The notes: generated by a model from the sequence alone, not told the origin. Positions 24,468 through 37,586 are shown, numbered from the whole stretch's first letter. The stretch: DNA of 63,541 bases, filler included, from Octopus bimaculoides (GCF_001194135.2; 4 parts of 4 records of this genome joined end to end with filler, not necessarily neighbours in it); one strand, 5' to 3'. A program made the numbers and translations.

Positions 24468-24860
24468 TGGTTTGGAGGCCCAGTGGTTAAGGCAGCGGAC
24501 TCGCAGTCATAGGATCACGGTTTCGATTCCCAGACCGGGCGTTGTGAGTGTTTATTGAGCGAAAACACCTAAAGCTCCACGAGGCTCCGGCAGGGGATGG
24601 TGGCGAACCCTGCTGTACTCTTTCACCACAACTTTCTCTCACTCTTACTTCCTGTTTCTGTTNNNNNNNNNNAACCCTGCTGTACTCTTTCACCACAACT
24701 TTCTCTCACTCTTACTTCCTGTTTCTGTTGTGTCTGTAATTCAAAGGGTCAGCCTTGTCACACTATGTGTCACGCTGAATATCCCCCGAGAACTATGTTA
24801 AGGGTACACGTGTCTGTGGAGTGCTCAGCCACTTGCACGTTAATTTCACGAACAGGCGTC
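24468..24860 (+). mobile_element. tRNA-derived SINE, family 4 (head GGCCCAGTGGTTAAGGCAGCGGACTCG...GGTTTCGATTCCCAGACC)
   Basis: Clear A and B boxes followed by a non-tRNA body. A ~60-bp segment is duplicated across a 10-N gap (artefact). Confidence 0.7.
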
Positions 24861-25439
24861 TTGCTATTATTTCATTTCTTGATCTATTTCATATTTTTAT
24901 TAAGTCCTATGGCGATGGATGCATAGCTGAAAAGTCATATCCGTGCATTTGCACGGATGAAAGAAAATCGGAGCAATGAGGCTAAATGTGAGAGATAGCT
25001 ATCATCCGACAAGATGAGGCAATCATCTTATATATATTATGCGTATATATGTGTGTATATGTATGTGTATATGCATTTGCATACATGTATTTGTGTATAT
25101 ATGCTTGTACATGTTTGTGTATATTGCCCGTAGGTCGGTTTTAATTGACTCGGGTTATAATTAAATATGATATTTAATATTAAAATTTTTTTGTTTTTTT
25201 TCTAATTCTCCAGCATCATAATCTCTATTTGTAACCCCAATCTAGCAAGCCTGTCTAATTGTACACACCCTCTTATTGATCTGTAGAACTCGTTACAGCG
25301 CAGCAACCACCCCACCCCCTACTGCTGTACACACCCACCAGTTTTTCTCTTCATGCACTACGTTAAAATTTTCAACACATTTTTTGGGGGTTTTTTTTTT
25401 TTTTTCCAAGGAATTGTTGATTGCTCCGAGACAGCTAGA

Positions 25440-26520
25440 CCTGTTACGATAAATATGGATGCTCCAGATACGACCATCCTGTCTTTTATTCAGGCATTCT
25501 GTCTCTGGGACTACGTGATATAATGTGTCCAAGTCTGCTTTAATACAGCAGAGTAATTATTGAAAATGTTCCAACCATGGCCATCCTGCCTTTTATTCAA
25601 GCATAGTGTATCTAGGAATACATTATCAAATGTAACCGTTCTTTATGTTGTTTAACCCAAGGTCAGTTTCTATCCAGCAGACCTGTGATCAGTCTCTCTT
25701 TTATTCAGACATAAGTACATCTAGGACTACATTATCTAATGTGTCCTTCCTTGTAGTTGTTTAACCCCGGGTCAGTCCTGATCCAGTAGACCTATGATCA
25801 AAGATTTCCCGCTGTTACCAGTCTCTCTTTTATTCAGGCATAGTATATCTAGGACTACATTATTAAATGTAACCATTCTTTATGCTGGTGTTTAACCCTT
25901 GGTCAGTCAGTTACTATCCAGCTGACCTGTTATCAGTGATTTTCTAGCTGTTACCTATCTCTCTTTTATTCAGACATAGTATATCTAGGACTACATTATC
26001 AAATGTAACCTTTCTTTATGCTGGTGTTTAACCCCTGGTCAGTCAGTCAGTTACTATCCAGCTGACCTGTAACCAGCTTTTATTCAGACAGTGTATCTAA
26101 GACTACATTGTGTTATGCTCTCATCATCGTTCAGTCCCAGTCCATCAAAATCAGTGTTCCTGCCATAACTATTCCTCCATCTTTTGGACCTAGTATATCT
26201 AGGATTACTTTGTGTCTGTCTTGTTTAGCTGCCACTCAATCCAGGTTCAATATCAAACGTGTTTCAAATTTGACCAGGCTACCTATTAGTCATACAGAGC
26301 GTATCTCTATCTTGTGAGCATTTCCTTCTTGGCTAGTCCCAAGTCAACCTTTTTTAACAGTTGTCCTAGTCTTTTTGAGCAGATATGTGATGAAAGCTGT
26401 TCAAGAAGTAACAGTCCTGTCTTCTATTCAGAGATAGTGTATCTAGGATTACCCTGGGTCAGTCTTGAGCCATCTGACTTATATTAAAACAAATTTCTAG
26501 GTGTGACCATCCTGTATTGT
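25440..26520 (+). repeat. Tandem array of ~110-135-bp units, same family as 21950-22460
   Basis: tctagga(c/a)tacatt recurs at ~25610, 25720, 25850, 25985 and 26097, with degenerate units on both sides. Confidence 0.8.
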
Positions 26521-26990
26521 GGTCAGCAGAGGGCGGCTAGTTTGTTCTGAGGTACAGTTTAATGTATTTGCTGGAAGAGAGGGGCAGAGAAAGAAGGCAG
26601 GGTGTGTTGGTGTAAATTTGATTGGTTAGTGCCATCTAGGATGGGATGGGAGGCCAAGTATATACCATGCCTGCCAGCCNNNNNNNNNNNNNNNNNNNNN
26701 NNNNNNNNNNNNNNNNNNNNNNNNNNNNNNNNNNNNNNNNNNNNNNNNNNNNNNNNNNNNNNNNNNNNNNNNNNNNNNNNNNNNNNNNNNNNNNNNNNNN
26801 NNNNNNNNNNNNNNNNNNNNNNNNACCTCGCATGCATTTGCCTTCTACCAGTAAAACATTCTTGGGGAGCCGTGTGTCAGGCATTCAAAGAAATTGCCCT
26901 CCACCTGACTGGCGCTCTCCTCCTCCTCCTCATTGTAGGCTGGAAACAAACAACAGCTCTTGTATAATGGCATCAACCTTTTACGAATAT
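26500..26990 (-). mobile_element. RTE/BovB-like LINE C-terminal fragment spanning a gap
   Basis: MPDTRLPKNVL (cf. RMPDxRLPKxxLYGEL) on the minus strand at ~26850-26884. Confidence 0.5.
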
Positions 26991-28922
26991 CATAGGATGT
27001 GTGAGCATATATAGGGTGACCCCCTTCGATCATGAATGACAATGGGATTTCCCCCCAGAAAGTTACCCTCTGAGGCACAAGTCTGGGCAAGGTTGTTTTT
27101 ATGGAAGACCAGCAGTCACTCATGCATACCAGCCTCCCCTTCTCTTTCTGCCACTGATATTATCCAAGGGAAAGGGGCTGATACAGCTTGGCACCAGTGA
27201 CATCACAGTTCATTTCTACAGATGAGTGAACTGGAGCAACATGAAATAAAGTGTCTCGCTCAAGAACACAACACACAGCCCAGTCTGGGAATCGAACTCT
27301 TAGCCACATGGTTGTGAGCCTGATGCTCCAACCACTGAGCCATGTACCTTCACATGATCACTCACATACACACACTCAGGACTCCTTTCAGTTTCCGTCT
27401 ACCAAATCCACTCACAAGGCTTTGGTCGGCCTGAGGCTATAGTAGAAGGCACTTGCCCAAGGTACCATGCAGTGGGACTGAACCCAGATCCATGTGATTG
27501 CAAAGCAAGCTTCTTATCCACACAGCCTTTGCCTAATTTTATAATATGTATGCAAACGGACGATACATGCAAGGCTTTGAGACGTCAATTGGATTCTCTC
27601 ATGGCCCACATCAAATGTCTTGTCATAACTCTTGTTCAACCCCCGTCCAGTTGTGATCATCCAGTGCCCACCTAAAATGAATGTTCAAGCAGTGGCCATT
27701 TTATGTCTACCTAGGAGTACATCACTGTTTGGTAACCGGTGTTGGTTTGCTTATGTCTCCATAACTTAGCGGATAGAATAAGTACATAACTTAGCGGATA
27801 GAATAAGTACTAGGCTTACAAAATAAGTCCTGGGAACCAATTTGTTCATGACGGTGAAGAAAGAAATATGGAGAGAGAGAAACTTCAGAGCATTGGGAAA
27901 AAACATTTGTAGAATTTCAGCTGAAAATTTGCATACCTTATGGGAAAGGGAAAAGGGTCGTTTGATTAGTGCTGGGGAGGGGGGACTATTATCTCACTGT
28001 TCTGGATTTATTCTTTCTTACAACTAACTCCAAAGGTTTCATTTTCCTTTTTACATTTATGCTTATCTCAACACACACACACACACCTTCGGTAACCTTT
28101 TCTTTTTCAGTGAGGTATGGGGGACTTCAGTTCAGAAACCCTGGACATAATATTTGGGGCCAGCTTTGCTTTTCATCCTTCCAGGCAAAAACTAAAATCT
28201 GTGACAATCTGAGTTTGGTAGAGACACCAAAAGCATTTTGGTATTCATCATCATCATCATCATCGTTTAACGTCTGCTTTCCATGCTAGCATGGGTTGGA
28301 TGATTTGACTGAGGACTGGTGAAACCAGATGGCTACACCAGGCTCCAATCTGATTTGGCAGAGTTTCTACAGCTGGATGCCCTTCCTAACGCCAACCACT
28401 CAGAGAGTGTAGTGGGTGCTTTTACGTGTCACCCGCACAAAGGCCAGTCAGGTGGTACTGGCAACGGCCACGCTCGAAATCGTGTCTTTTATGTGCCACC
28501 CGCACAAGAGCCAGTCCAGGGGCACTGGCAACGATCTCGCTGGAATGGCTATTTGACTAAAAGGCTATTCAGTCACTAACGAACGTGCTCCAGACTGACC
28601 CACAAGCGTGCTTTCCTTTCTATCATTGCTCTACATTCCTCTGGGTTGGCTGATCTCGTACTTTGACCATGCCAGTTACCTTTCGCCTTTCTACCTCATG
28701 GTGGTCTTCATGTGTTGTCTTGCCATACTTTAAATGGAACATCAAAAGCATGATTTGGAAAAATCATGGGCACTGTGCCTCCCTCCTGACTGTAGAATAT
28801 AAAAACGGAAGAAAAGAGGGGAGGGGATAGCCAACGAAAGTGAGAGGTAGTGCTGGTATTGGTCAGTGTAATCGCTATTGTTCTCGCCTTCTCACTGCTA
28901 TATATATATATATATATGTATG

Positions 28923-28958
<36 letters not shown>

Positions 28959-29373
28959 ATTAATTATATGTATTTCTTCTATCTTAATGAATAAAAATTC
29001 TTCTGATAGAATAAATGGGTTAATAGAAACCAATGTAGCAAAGAACACAAAATAACTGTGGTTTAGTTCCTGTTTTTAAGGCAGGAACTCCTTGAAATTT
29101 TGGGTATTTGAGTATATTTAAGAATTTAAGNNNNNNNNNNAAGAATTTAAGGAATGGAGAAAACGCATGTTATAATTGCATACTTTATTCCTACATATGT
29201 TTCAAAGGATTACAACCTGTGTGATCCATAGGGATCTTTGATATTAAAATTGTAACCTTCTCATCAGGGAAAGCATGGGAATCATCTTAAACGTAAGACA
29301 TTATGACCGATTATGAAAACAATAGATGGATAAGGTTATGACTTGATTCATTTATATTATATACGTATATATA

Positions 29374-29792
29374 AGCATGGCTGTGTGGTAAGAAGCTTAC
29401 TTCCCAACCACCTAGTTCTGGGTTCAGTCCCACTGCGTAGCACCTTGGGCAAGTGTTTTCTGCTATAGCCTCAGGACGGACAGAGAAGAATTCCAATTCT
29501 GAGTGAAATTGGCAGACAGAAACTGAAAGAAACCCGTCGTATATATATAATAAATATCTTTGTGTCACCCCCACCCCCCACACACACATACATGCACACC
29601 ATCGTTTGACAACCGATGTTAGTACGTTTACGTCCCCGTAACACTAGAGGTTCGGCAAAAAGAGACCGATAGAATAAGTGCTAGGCTTACAAAGAATAAG
29701 TCCTGGGGGGTCGATTTTTTTTTTTCGACTGAAACCCTCCTCAACGTGGTGCTTCCAGCATGGGCGCAGTCGAACGATTGAAACTAGTAAAA
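29374..29792 (+). mobile_element. SINE family 1, full length
   Basis: Head, body and tail (..gcttccagcatgggcgcagtcgaacgattgaaactagtaaaaga) are all present. Confidence 0.85.
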
Positions 29793-30359
29793 GAATGTGC
29801 GTATGTATGCACACACACACACACACAAATGAGAGCCTTTTTACAAATGCTTGGTATGAAGATGAAACTGATTTGTGTGTGTGTGCCTGTGTATCTATGT
29901 ATGCGTGTGTGTGTGTGTGTGTGTGNNNNNNNNNNNNNNNNNNNNNNNNNNNNNNNNNNNNNNNNNNNNNNNNNNNNNNNNNNNNNNNNNNNNNNNNNNT
30001 ATATATATATATATTCATTCACGCACACATGATCAGGCACACACTAAAAAATTTTCAGACTTCCAAGAATTCTCTACGAAATCTTAAGAAACTAATATTA
30101 CAATTTTCTTTCGTCTTGAGGCTTACTCTTGTGTGCCGTAAATCTGAACGTTCATTGTCGTAAATAATGATGGCGTAACGTGTGTATATGTTTGTATGTA
30201 TGTATGTATGTGTATATATATGTGCGTGTGTCTATTTTTTTGTTCTACATGCGGGTTTACTAAACGTACCTGCATATGTCGTATGTATGTATGTATGTAT
30301 GTGTGTGTGTGTGTGTAGTATTTCTGTATTTAGGTTTAGATTCTTTAATATGCTGTGTG

Positions 30360-30414
<55 letters not shown>

Positions 30415-31157
30415 TTAGGGAATATTAACATCGTTTTATGTACACAGATATCTACATACATATATGGTGCTTAAAATTGTATTTTAATGGCATTTATTTT
30501 ACACTTCACACTGAGAGACGTGATGTCGACAGATCGGTTTCGATTTCCGGTGGTCGTTTCTTCTTGTCAGTTACGTTGATGTGAATGCACGCGGGAAGAG
30601 GCATAAACGCCACACCATCTTCTCAATAACACTCTTTAACCACCAATATGAAACACGGTCGTCGTAGATATGGGTACGTATTAGTGTATTAAATCAGTCG
30701 GAGTACGTATAAATGGACAAATGTATTATGTATAATATATTCAAATATAGAGAATGTATGTATATGTATATATCTGAATGGAAGATATATAATGTAACTG
30801 ATTCGTGATCGAAAGATCAACAAAAGAAACATGTATGTGTGTGTATATATATGTATATATGGTGATCTTATATATATATATATATATAGTGTGTGTGTAA
30901 TGTGTTCTTTAATCGAATCTCTCTCACCAGCTGGAGTAATTTTTTGTGCACTTAAAGTCATGTGTTGTGTCCTTCAATTAAAAAAAGAAAATATATATGA
31001 ATTGATTGATATATGGCATTTTTCTCTGAAAGCAATATAATGATATAAATTGATGTATAATATGCATACGTGAATGGACATATCATGTATAAATGAATGG
31101 ATGTGTGTGTGTGTGTACTATGCGTGTGAATGTGTGTGCACTCCACTGAATCGTATG

Positions 31158-31198
<41 letters not shown>

Positions 31199-31533
31199 GT
31201 ATGTATATTTGACAAGATCTCTCTGAAATATATTATGATCACCGTATTAAATATGTTAATAGGTAATTCGTCTATACGTATGTGTGTATATGTGTATATA
31301 TAGACATACTCGAGAACAGATCTGGTGTTGTAATTATAATCGTAGTGCAGTTGCACCCATTTGCAGTCTTTCGGAAATTTACTGATTCATTCTCAGTGTG
31401 TGTGTGTGTAAATGAATATATAATATATGAGTGTTGGTATATAGTGTGGTGTGTGTGTAGAAATGTATGATTAATCGATTTCCCCTGTATTCAGTGATGT
31501 CAATGGATATGTATGTTTAATCAATATAGCACG

Positions 31534-31595
<62 letters not shown>

Positions 31596-31789
31596 TGTCT
31601 TGGGATGCGTGTGTAGTGTATATAAATTATGCCTATGTAGTATGTGTGTATATGATGTATATATTTGATGTGATTACCGCGTCTGCCCTGTGATGCATCT
31701 TGTGTGTGTGTATATACATGTGTGGATGTATACCATGGTATATGTCTGTATAAACGTGTGTGGATATTATAGCATAGTATGTCTGTGTG

Positions 31790-31820
<31 letters not shown>

Positions 31821-31836
31821 CTNNNNNNNNNNAAGG

Positions 31837-31868
<32 letters not shown>

Positions 31869-33426
31869 ATGTATGTGTGTGTGTGTGTTATATATAATGG
31901 TGTGTATGTGTAATATATGTAAATTAGAATACTGTTCCCATGTATACATCCGCTGGCTTAGTTTACAAGTGTGTGTGTGCATATGTATGCACTTTTATCA
32001 ATGCAAGCTTCTACCTCTCTCTCTCTCTCTCGCGGTGCTGCCTGCCAACATCTTGTATTCCTCCGCCATTATATAACCTACAACCACTTCTGCGTCCAAA
32101 ATAGTGCAGCCACTTCTTGCTGCACATAGTGTTGCACCAGCGCCGCCGTCGCCAGCACAGCAAACGGTGGACCTTATACGCGGTGGCTCTGTCTGCTAGA
32201 AATAACAGCCAGTCGGTCTCTCTCTGCTTTAATCTCCTCTACCACCACCACCACCACCTTTACTACGCGGTCACATGCTTTACCGACTTTGAAAATGTGA
32301 AGGACACAATTACATTTGCTTAATTTAGTAGTAGTGATAGCTGTATGGTGGCTATAGTGTCTGAATAACAGGGGCTAAGTGGAATGATCACGGTTGGACA
32401 AGCTTTGATCGCGTATAGTATATCTGTAAAGGTGGAAGTGAACAGTTTGGTCTTGATTTACATTTCGATCAAGCTTTACTGTGTCTGTATGTGTATAGTG
32501 ACTATAGCTGTGTGTGTATGTCTGTCCCGACACATTGCATGTGCTGGGTCGGATACTCTTGCTAATTTTGTCAGTGACTTCGAAGTTGCGACAGGTGTAC
32601 GGCTTGTCCAACAGTTTGATGACTTGTGTCTCTGCGAAACTCCAAGGAACACACACGTGCACGTACCTACATACACACGCACACATCTACTTACACATAC
32701 ATACATACACACATACATACATACATGCATGTCTGGTAATACAAACGGGATGGATAGAATCGCGGGATCGGCAGACATTGCAATGTTATTGAAGAGCCGA
32801 GAGTTCCACGATTGGCACTTACGAAAATGTCATGCACAAAATTCCCATATATATATATATATNNNNNNNNNNNNNNNNNNNNNNNNNNNNNNNNNNNNNN
32901 NNNNNNNNNNNNNNNNNNNNNNNNNNNNNNNNNNNNNNNNNNNNNNNNNNNNNNNNNNNNNNNNNNNNNNNNNNNNNNNNNNNNNNNNNNNNNNNNNNNN
33001 NNNNNNNNNNNNNNNNNNNNNNNNNNNNNNNNNNNNNNNNNNNNNNNNNNNNNNNNNNNNNNNNNNNNNNNNNNNNNNNNNNNNNNNNNNNNNNNNNNNN
33101 NNNNNNNNNNNNNNNNNNNNNNNNNNNNNNNNNNNNNNNNNNNNNNNNNNNNNNNNNNNNNNNNNNNNNNNNNNNNNNNNNNNNNNNNNNNNNNNNNNNN
33201 NNNNNNNNNNNNNNNNNNNNNNNNNNNNNNNNNNNNNNNNNNNNNNNNNNNNNNNNNNNNNNNNNNNNNNNNNNNNNNNNNNNNNNNNNNNNNNNNNNNN
33301 NNNNNNNNNNNNNNNNNNNNNNNNNNNNNNNNNNNNNNNNNNNNNNNNNNNNNNNNNNNNNNNNNNNNNNNNNNNNNNNNNNNNNNNNNNNNNNNNNNNN
33401 NNNNNNNNNNNNNNNNNNNNNNNNNN

Positions 33427-33474
<48 letters not shown>

Positions 33475-33522
33475 CACACACCGTAAATAGTAATTATAAG
33501 CGATCACTGTATTGGCTGAAGA

Positions 33523-33648
33523 AAATAGTATTAATATTGGGATACATAAGCCCTCGATGGGAAAAGTGGGTGTAGGTACGCATGGGAATCGAACCAACAC
33601 CCACTTTTTATTCTGTCGAGGGCTTGTATACCCAAATATCAGACTATT
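33523..33648. repeat. ~120-bp imperfect palindrome (MITE-like or hairpin RNA)
   Basis: tattgggatacataagccctcgatgggaaaagtgggtgtaggt pairs with accaacacccactttttattctgtcgagggcttgtatacccaaata. Outer aatagt/actatt. Confidence 0.7.
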
Positions 33649-34769
33649 GGGGGTGGGTCAGTTACACGGTGATTGCTTACAATTACCATTAATCAGCCAA
33701 AATATTGCATTGAATGATCGCTGAATAGTTTTCCCTACAATGCCCGAGGAATCGTTAGCGCGTCGAACAAAATGCTTAGTGGTATTTTTCGGCAGACTTT
33801 ATGTTCTGAGCTCCCGAATCCCTCCAAGTTCGACTTTGTCTGTCATCCCTTCCGGAGTCGATGAAATAAATACCAGTTGAACACTGGAATGTGTAATCGA
33901 CTTGGTGTCCATTGCAGAAAAAAATGTTGATAGTGTTTCGGTTTTTTGGTGATGGTCACCGAACCTTTTTCTTCTATACGCACACGCACACACACTGTTC
34001 TGGGTATCGATGGGTCAGTATGAGATACTGTAATAATGTCTTCTATATTAGCAGGAAAATTAAAGGGTGATACATACATACATACGTGTGTGTGTGGGTA
34101 CATATATACTGAGAGATAAATTTATTAAACATGAATGAAATTTCGCCAACGAAATATGGAAATTTTTCAAGCACGTGACTTAGACATAACGGCAGTGACA
34201 GGCTGACGCTGCGGCGGTTGGCTTGCTAGAAATAACAGCCAGTTTCTAGTGTCTTCAGAAAGTGCAGGAGTGCATTTTTTTTTTTTTTTTACGTTTCATT
34301 TGATTTTATTTGTTGCATAATGTGACACCCGCTACATTATCTCGGGGATCGAGAGGGAGTAAAAAAAAAACAAAAACAAAAACAGAAAACAAAATAAGAC
34401 AGTATGGCCACGGCAGGAACGACCGTTTTGGGCTGTGAAATTAATTCGGTTGTCTCTGTCTCTTATGTCTGTATATTCTTCGNNNNNNNNNNNNNNNNNN
34501 NNNNNNNNNNNNNNNNNNNNNNNNNNTTAATTAATTAANNNNNNNNNNNNNNNNNNNNNNNNNNNNNNNNNNNNNNNNNNNNAACACGAAACCGGTTATT
34601 TCTCAAAATACAATGTTTATATACCAAAAAGATTTTATAACATTTTTCTTACATTTTTCTGACATAATTTAAATATATACTTTAACCATGTAACACAAGC
34701 CTTCTGTAGTTTTTTCACTCTTATTATCTTTTATACATCCAACCACGTGCTTTCACATACCAACTTTCT

Positions 34770-34815
<46 letters not shown>

Positions 34816-34824
34816 AATATATAA

Positions 34825-34856
<32 letters not shown>

Positions 34857-34894
34857 ATTGTGTGTGTGTATGCGCGCGTGCGTGTATGTGTGCC

Positions 34895-35110
34895 TTTGTG
34901 TCTGTGTTTATCCCCCATTACCGCTTGCCAACCGGTGCTGGTGTGTTTATGTCTCAGTAACTAAGTGGTTCGGCAAAAGAGATGGTAGAATAAGTACTAG
35001 TTTAAAAATAATAAGTCGTAGGGTTGATTTGTTCGACTAAAACCCTTCAAGGCGGTGCTCCAGCATGGCTGCAGTTAAATGACTGAAACAAGTAAAAGAA
35101 TAAAAGAATA
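34895..35110 (+). mobile_element. SINE family 1, 3' half
   Basis: cttgccaaccggtgctgg...gctccagcatggctgcagttaaatgactgaaacaagtaaaagaataaaagaat. Confidence 0.8.
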
Positions 35111-36269
35111 TTTTTATTGTTTTACATACAGCTTGTATTAGCTGTAAGAAAGAATGATAAAAATGGAAGCACTTGCGAACTATAATTTTTGTATACAGAA
35201 TAAAAGAGTAACGGGAGACTCCTGATAAACCCGTTTCACTGTTTAACCGCTCGTTTAAGGTGTTATCGAAATCTTGTTAACTTTCTCATGTAAAAAAATA
35301 TCTAAGTTGCCTCCATTACTGAAACTACGATCGAATAATTGCAAACATATTCGCATTATGTCATTGATATCTTAATAACAGTGCTCTACTACTAAAATAT
35401 ATGTACACACACACACGCACGCGTGAACACAGACAGACAAATAGACAGATAGACAGACAGACACACACACTTTCTAAGCAACACAGGTCCTTAAATATTT
35501 GGGATGAGTATGATATTGTTACTATATTTTATCGAGAAGGAAAGTTCAAGCTGACATTGGTGGTATTTAAACTAAGAATGGAAATGGACATAACTAGACA
35601 CCACGCACGATTTTTCACTTGCACTCAGCCGATTTCACTGTCAATCTGTACAAAACAAGAGCTAGCTAATATGGTATAATGCACTGTAGAAAATCTACAA
35701 TAATTCACTCACTAATGAGTCACATATTATGACAGTCAGTCATGAGGAATCCCTCAGAACGTCCGATGCCTTCTTTGATACTTTCCAGCAACTCCAGGTT
35801 ATGTGGGGCTCTCCAGCTTTTTAAAGCAGTTCACCTAGAAGTAGACCACTCCAATGCAAAACTTACAGCCAGATGGCCACCACAGCCATCTTAGTCCGCT
35901 GAGCCCTAGCGTTCAGATCTCTAAGTTTAAAGTGTAGGATCAGACTGTTTTTTACTTAAAAAAACTATTTAGCACAGGTAGGAAGAACATTCCTGTAGCG
36001 TCGAGAGTCGGTTTACATAGCCACTTGAGGGTGTGCCGCGCTCTTTCTCATGATCTTCGGAAACGAAAAATCTGTCATCATTCAGTCAAGTCTTCCCCAG
36101 TATTTAACTAATATTTAGGATTACTCGTATACTACATTTCTTATAATACACAGGCAATCTACGACCATTTACATACATACTATGCCTTTGCAGTTCTATA
36201 TTTAAGAGATGAGGAATTATTTACATTATTTACATTTGACGGATATTTGTCCTCATCTTGTTTGTTGTT

Positions 36270-36315
36270 AACACAACGTTTCGGCTGATATACCCTCCAA
36301 CCTTCGTCAGGTGTC
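36270..36315 (-). ncRNA. Minimal type I hammerhead ribozyme
   Basis: GACAC-CUGACGA-AGGUUGG..AUCAGCC-GAAA-CGU-U-GUGUU. Core intact, palindromic stem III (ACGU). Confidence 0.75.
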
Positions 36316-36454
36316 TTGGGGAAATTTCGAACCTGGGTTCTCATTCCTAACGATGTTACTATTATATTATTATTATTATTATTATTATTACTATTATTAA
36401 TCATATAATAGTAACATCGTTAGGAATGAGAACCCAGGTTCGAAATTTCCCCAA

Positions 36455-36500
36455 GACACCTGACGAAGGCTGGAGGGTATATCAGCCGAAACGTTGTGTT
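36455..36500 (+). ncRNA. Minimal type I hammerhead ribozyme
   Basis: GACAC CUGACGA A GGCUG gagggtatat CAGCC GAAA CGU U GUGUU. Stem I GACAC/GUGUU, stem II GGCUG/CAGCC, palindromic stem III, GUU cleavage triplet. Confidence 0.8.
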
Positions 36501-36676
36501 AACAACGAAGAAGATGAGGACAAATATCCGTCAAATGTAAATAATGTAAATAATGTATACTATGCCTTTGCCTTACTTTAAATCCGTTATCCGTGATTTA
36601 TAACAAGCTCACACATTTTCCTCCTTTTTTTCTACCTATCTATCTTGACTAAGCGCAGGCGTAATGAGACACTGAC

Positions 36677-37586
36677 GGATCAGTCTGGTTTTCGTCACTG
36701 TTCCAATTGCTTTTAAATTTGGTATATGGATTAGGTTTTGTATACTAATTATTAAAAGGAAATTCATTTTTCCTATAAATCCTCAATTAAAAAGTTATTA
36801 GTCTTTAAAATTTGCAAAATTTGGGTATTTTAGCCAATTAGTTACGAGTATTTTACACATCACCGTGGCGAAGAACTCTGTTTCCATAGTAACAAAAGAT
36901 GCTGCGCATGCGTACAAGAAGTGTAACCATCATTTGTTTCATAATTATTTGTTTCCATATCAGACGGGACTCACACTCAAGAAATTGAAAGTACCTGGGC
37001 ATCTTTAAAGCGTGGAAACAAACACCGTTGTGGGACACACTGTTCCATGGTTGACTCTTATCTTTGGGAATTTATGTGGAGGAGATATGAGAAAGATAAT
37101 TTATTTTATAAAATTCTAGAGTGTATTGCAAACTTCCGTTCTTGAATTTTTTTTTAACTAATAAATGTCTGCTGTAAACAATGTTTTGATTGTTATTTCT
37201 AGCAACTCCCGTTGGTTTGTTCGTAGCTTTTAAATACTTAATTTGCTCGTGAATGTTTTAATGTTAACTTTGCTCGTGTATACATTTTAATGTTTTGACT
37301 GCTATTCCAAGCAAGCCCTGTTGGTTTGTTCGTAGCTTTCAAATATTTGATTTGCTCGCGAACTAGTTTAATGTTCTGACATGCCGATGCCCCCCCCCCC
37401 CGATGATGGAAGTGGCAGCGAACGCACTGTTTTCTGATTGGCTGAAAATTCTGAAAATTATTAAACGTTTTGCAAAATTTTTCTGGAATAAATGAATAGC
37501 AAATTCAGATTCAGCGTCAAAGATTACATCTATGTAATACATTAAAAAAGTCTTTCAAAGATAATTATAAACAGTGACGAAGATCC
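36677..37586 (+). mobile_element. Second Merlin deletion derivative with a transposase C-terminal fragment (~36950-37143)
   Basis: FVSISDGTHTQEIESTWASLKRGNKHRCGTH...DSYLWEFMWRR is the ISXO2 motif. Imperfect ends ggatc..ttcgtcactgtt / aacagtgacgaagatcc, inner inverted ttagccaat/attggctga. No clean TSD found. Confidence 0.8.

Larger units (their letters stand above)
36192..36556. mobile_element. Divergent inverted dimer of a Penelope-like pseudo-LTR, flanked by a 15-bp TSD
   Basis: Arms 36192-36361 (-) and ~36408-36556 (+) are near-exact reverse complements separated by (ATT)n. TSD atactatgcctttgc at 36177-91 and 36557-71. Confidence 0.8.

Noticed and set aside
24474-24545. Functional tRNA gene
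   Set aside because: tRNA-like A/B boxes continue into a SINE body; acceptor and anticodon stems do not pair properly.
24605-24730. ~60-bp direct repeat (and aagaatttaag at 29120-29151)
   Set aside because: Duplicated on either side of a 10-N gap; unmerged contig overlap.
21950-26520. CRISPR-like or retrozyme array
   Set aside because: Eukaryotic context, no constant repeat with unique spacers, and no CUGANGA/GAAA core in the unit on either strand.
32384-33600. Long ORFs (up to 368 aa); similarly 43169-43921, 49499-50200 and 60119-60778
   Set aside because: Open only because of N runs and dinucleotide repeats.
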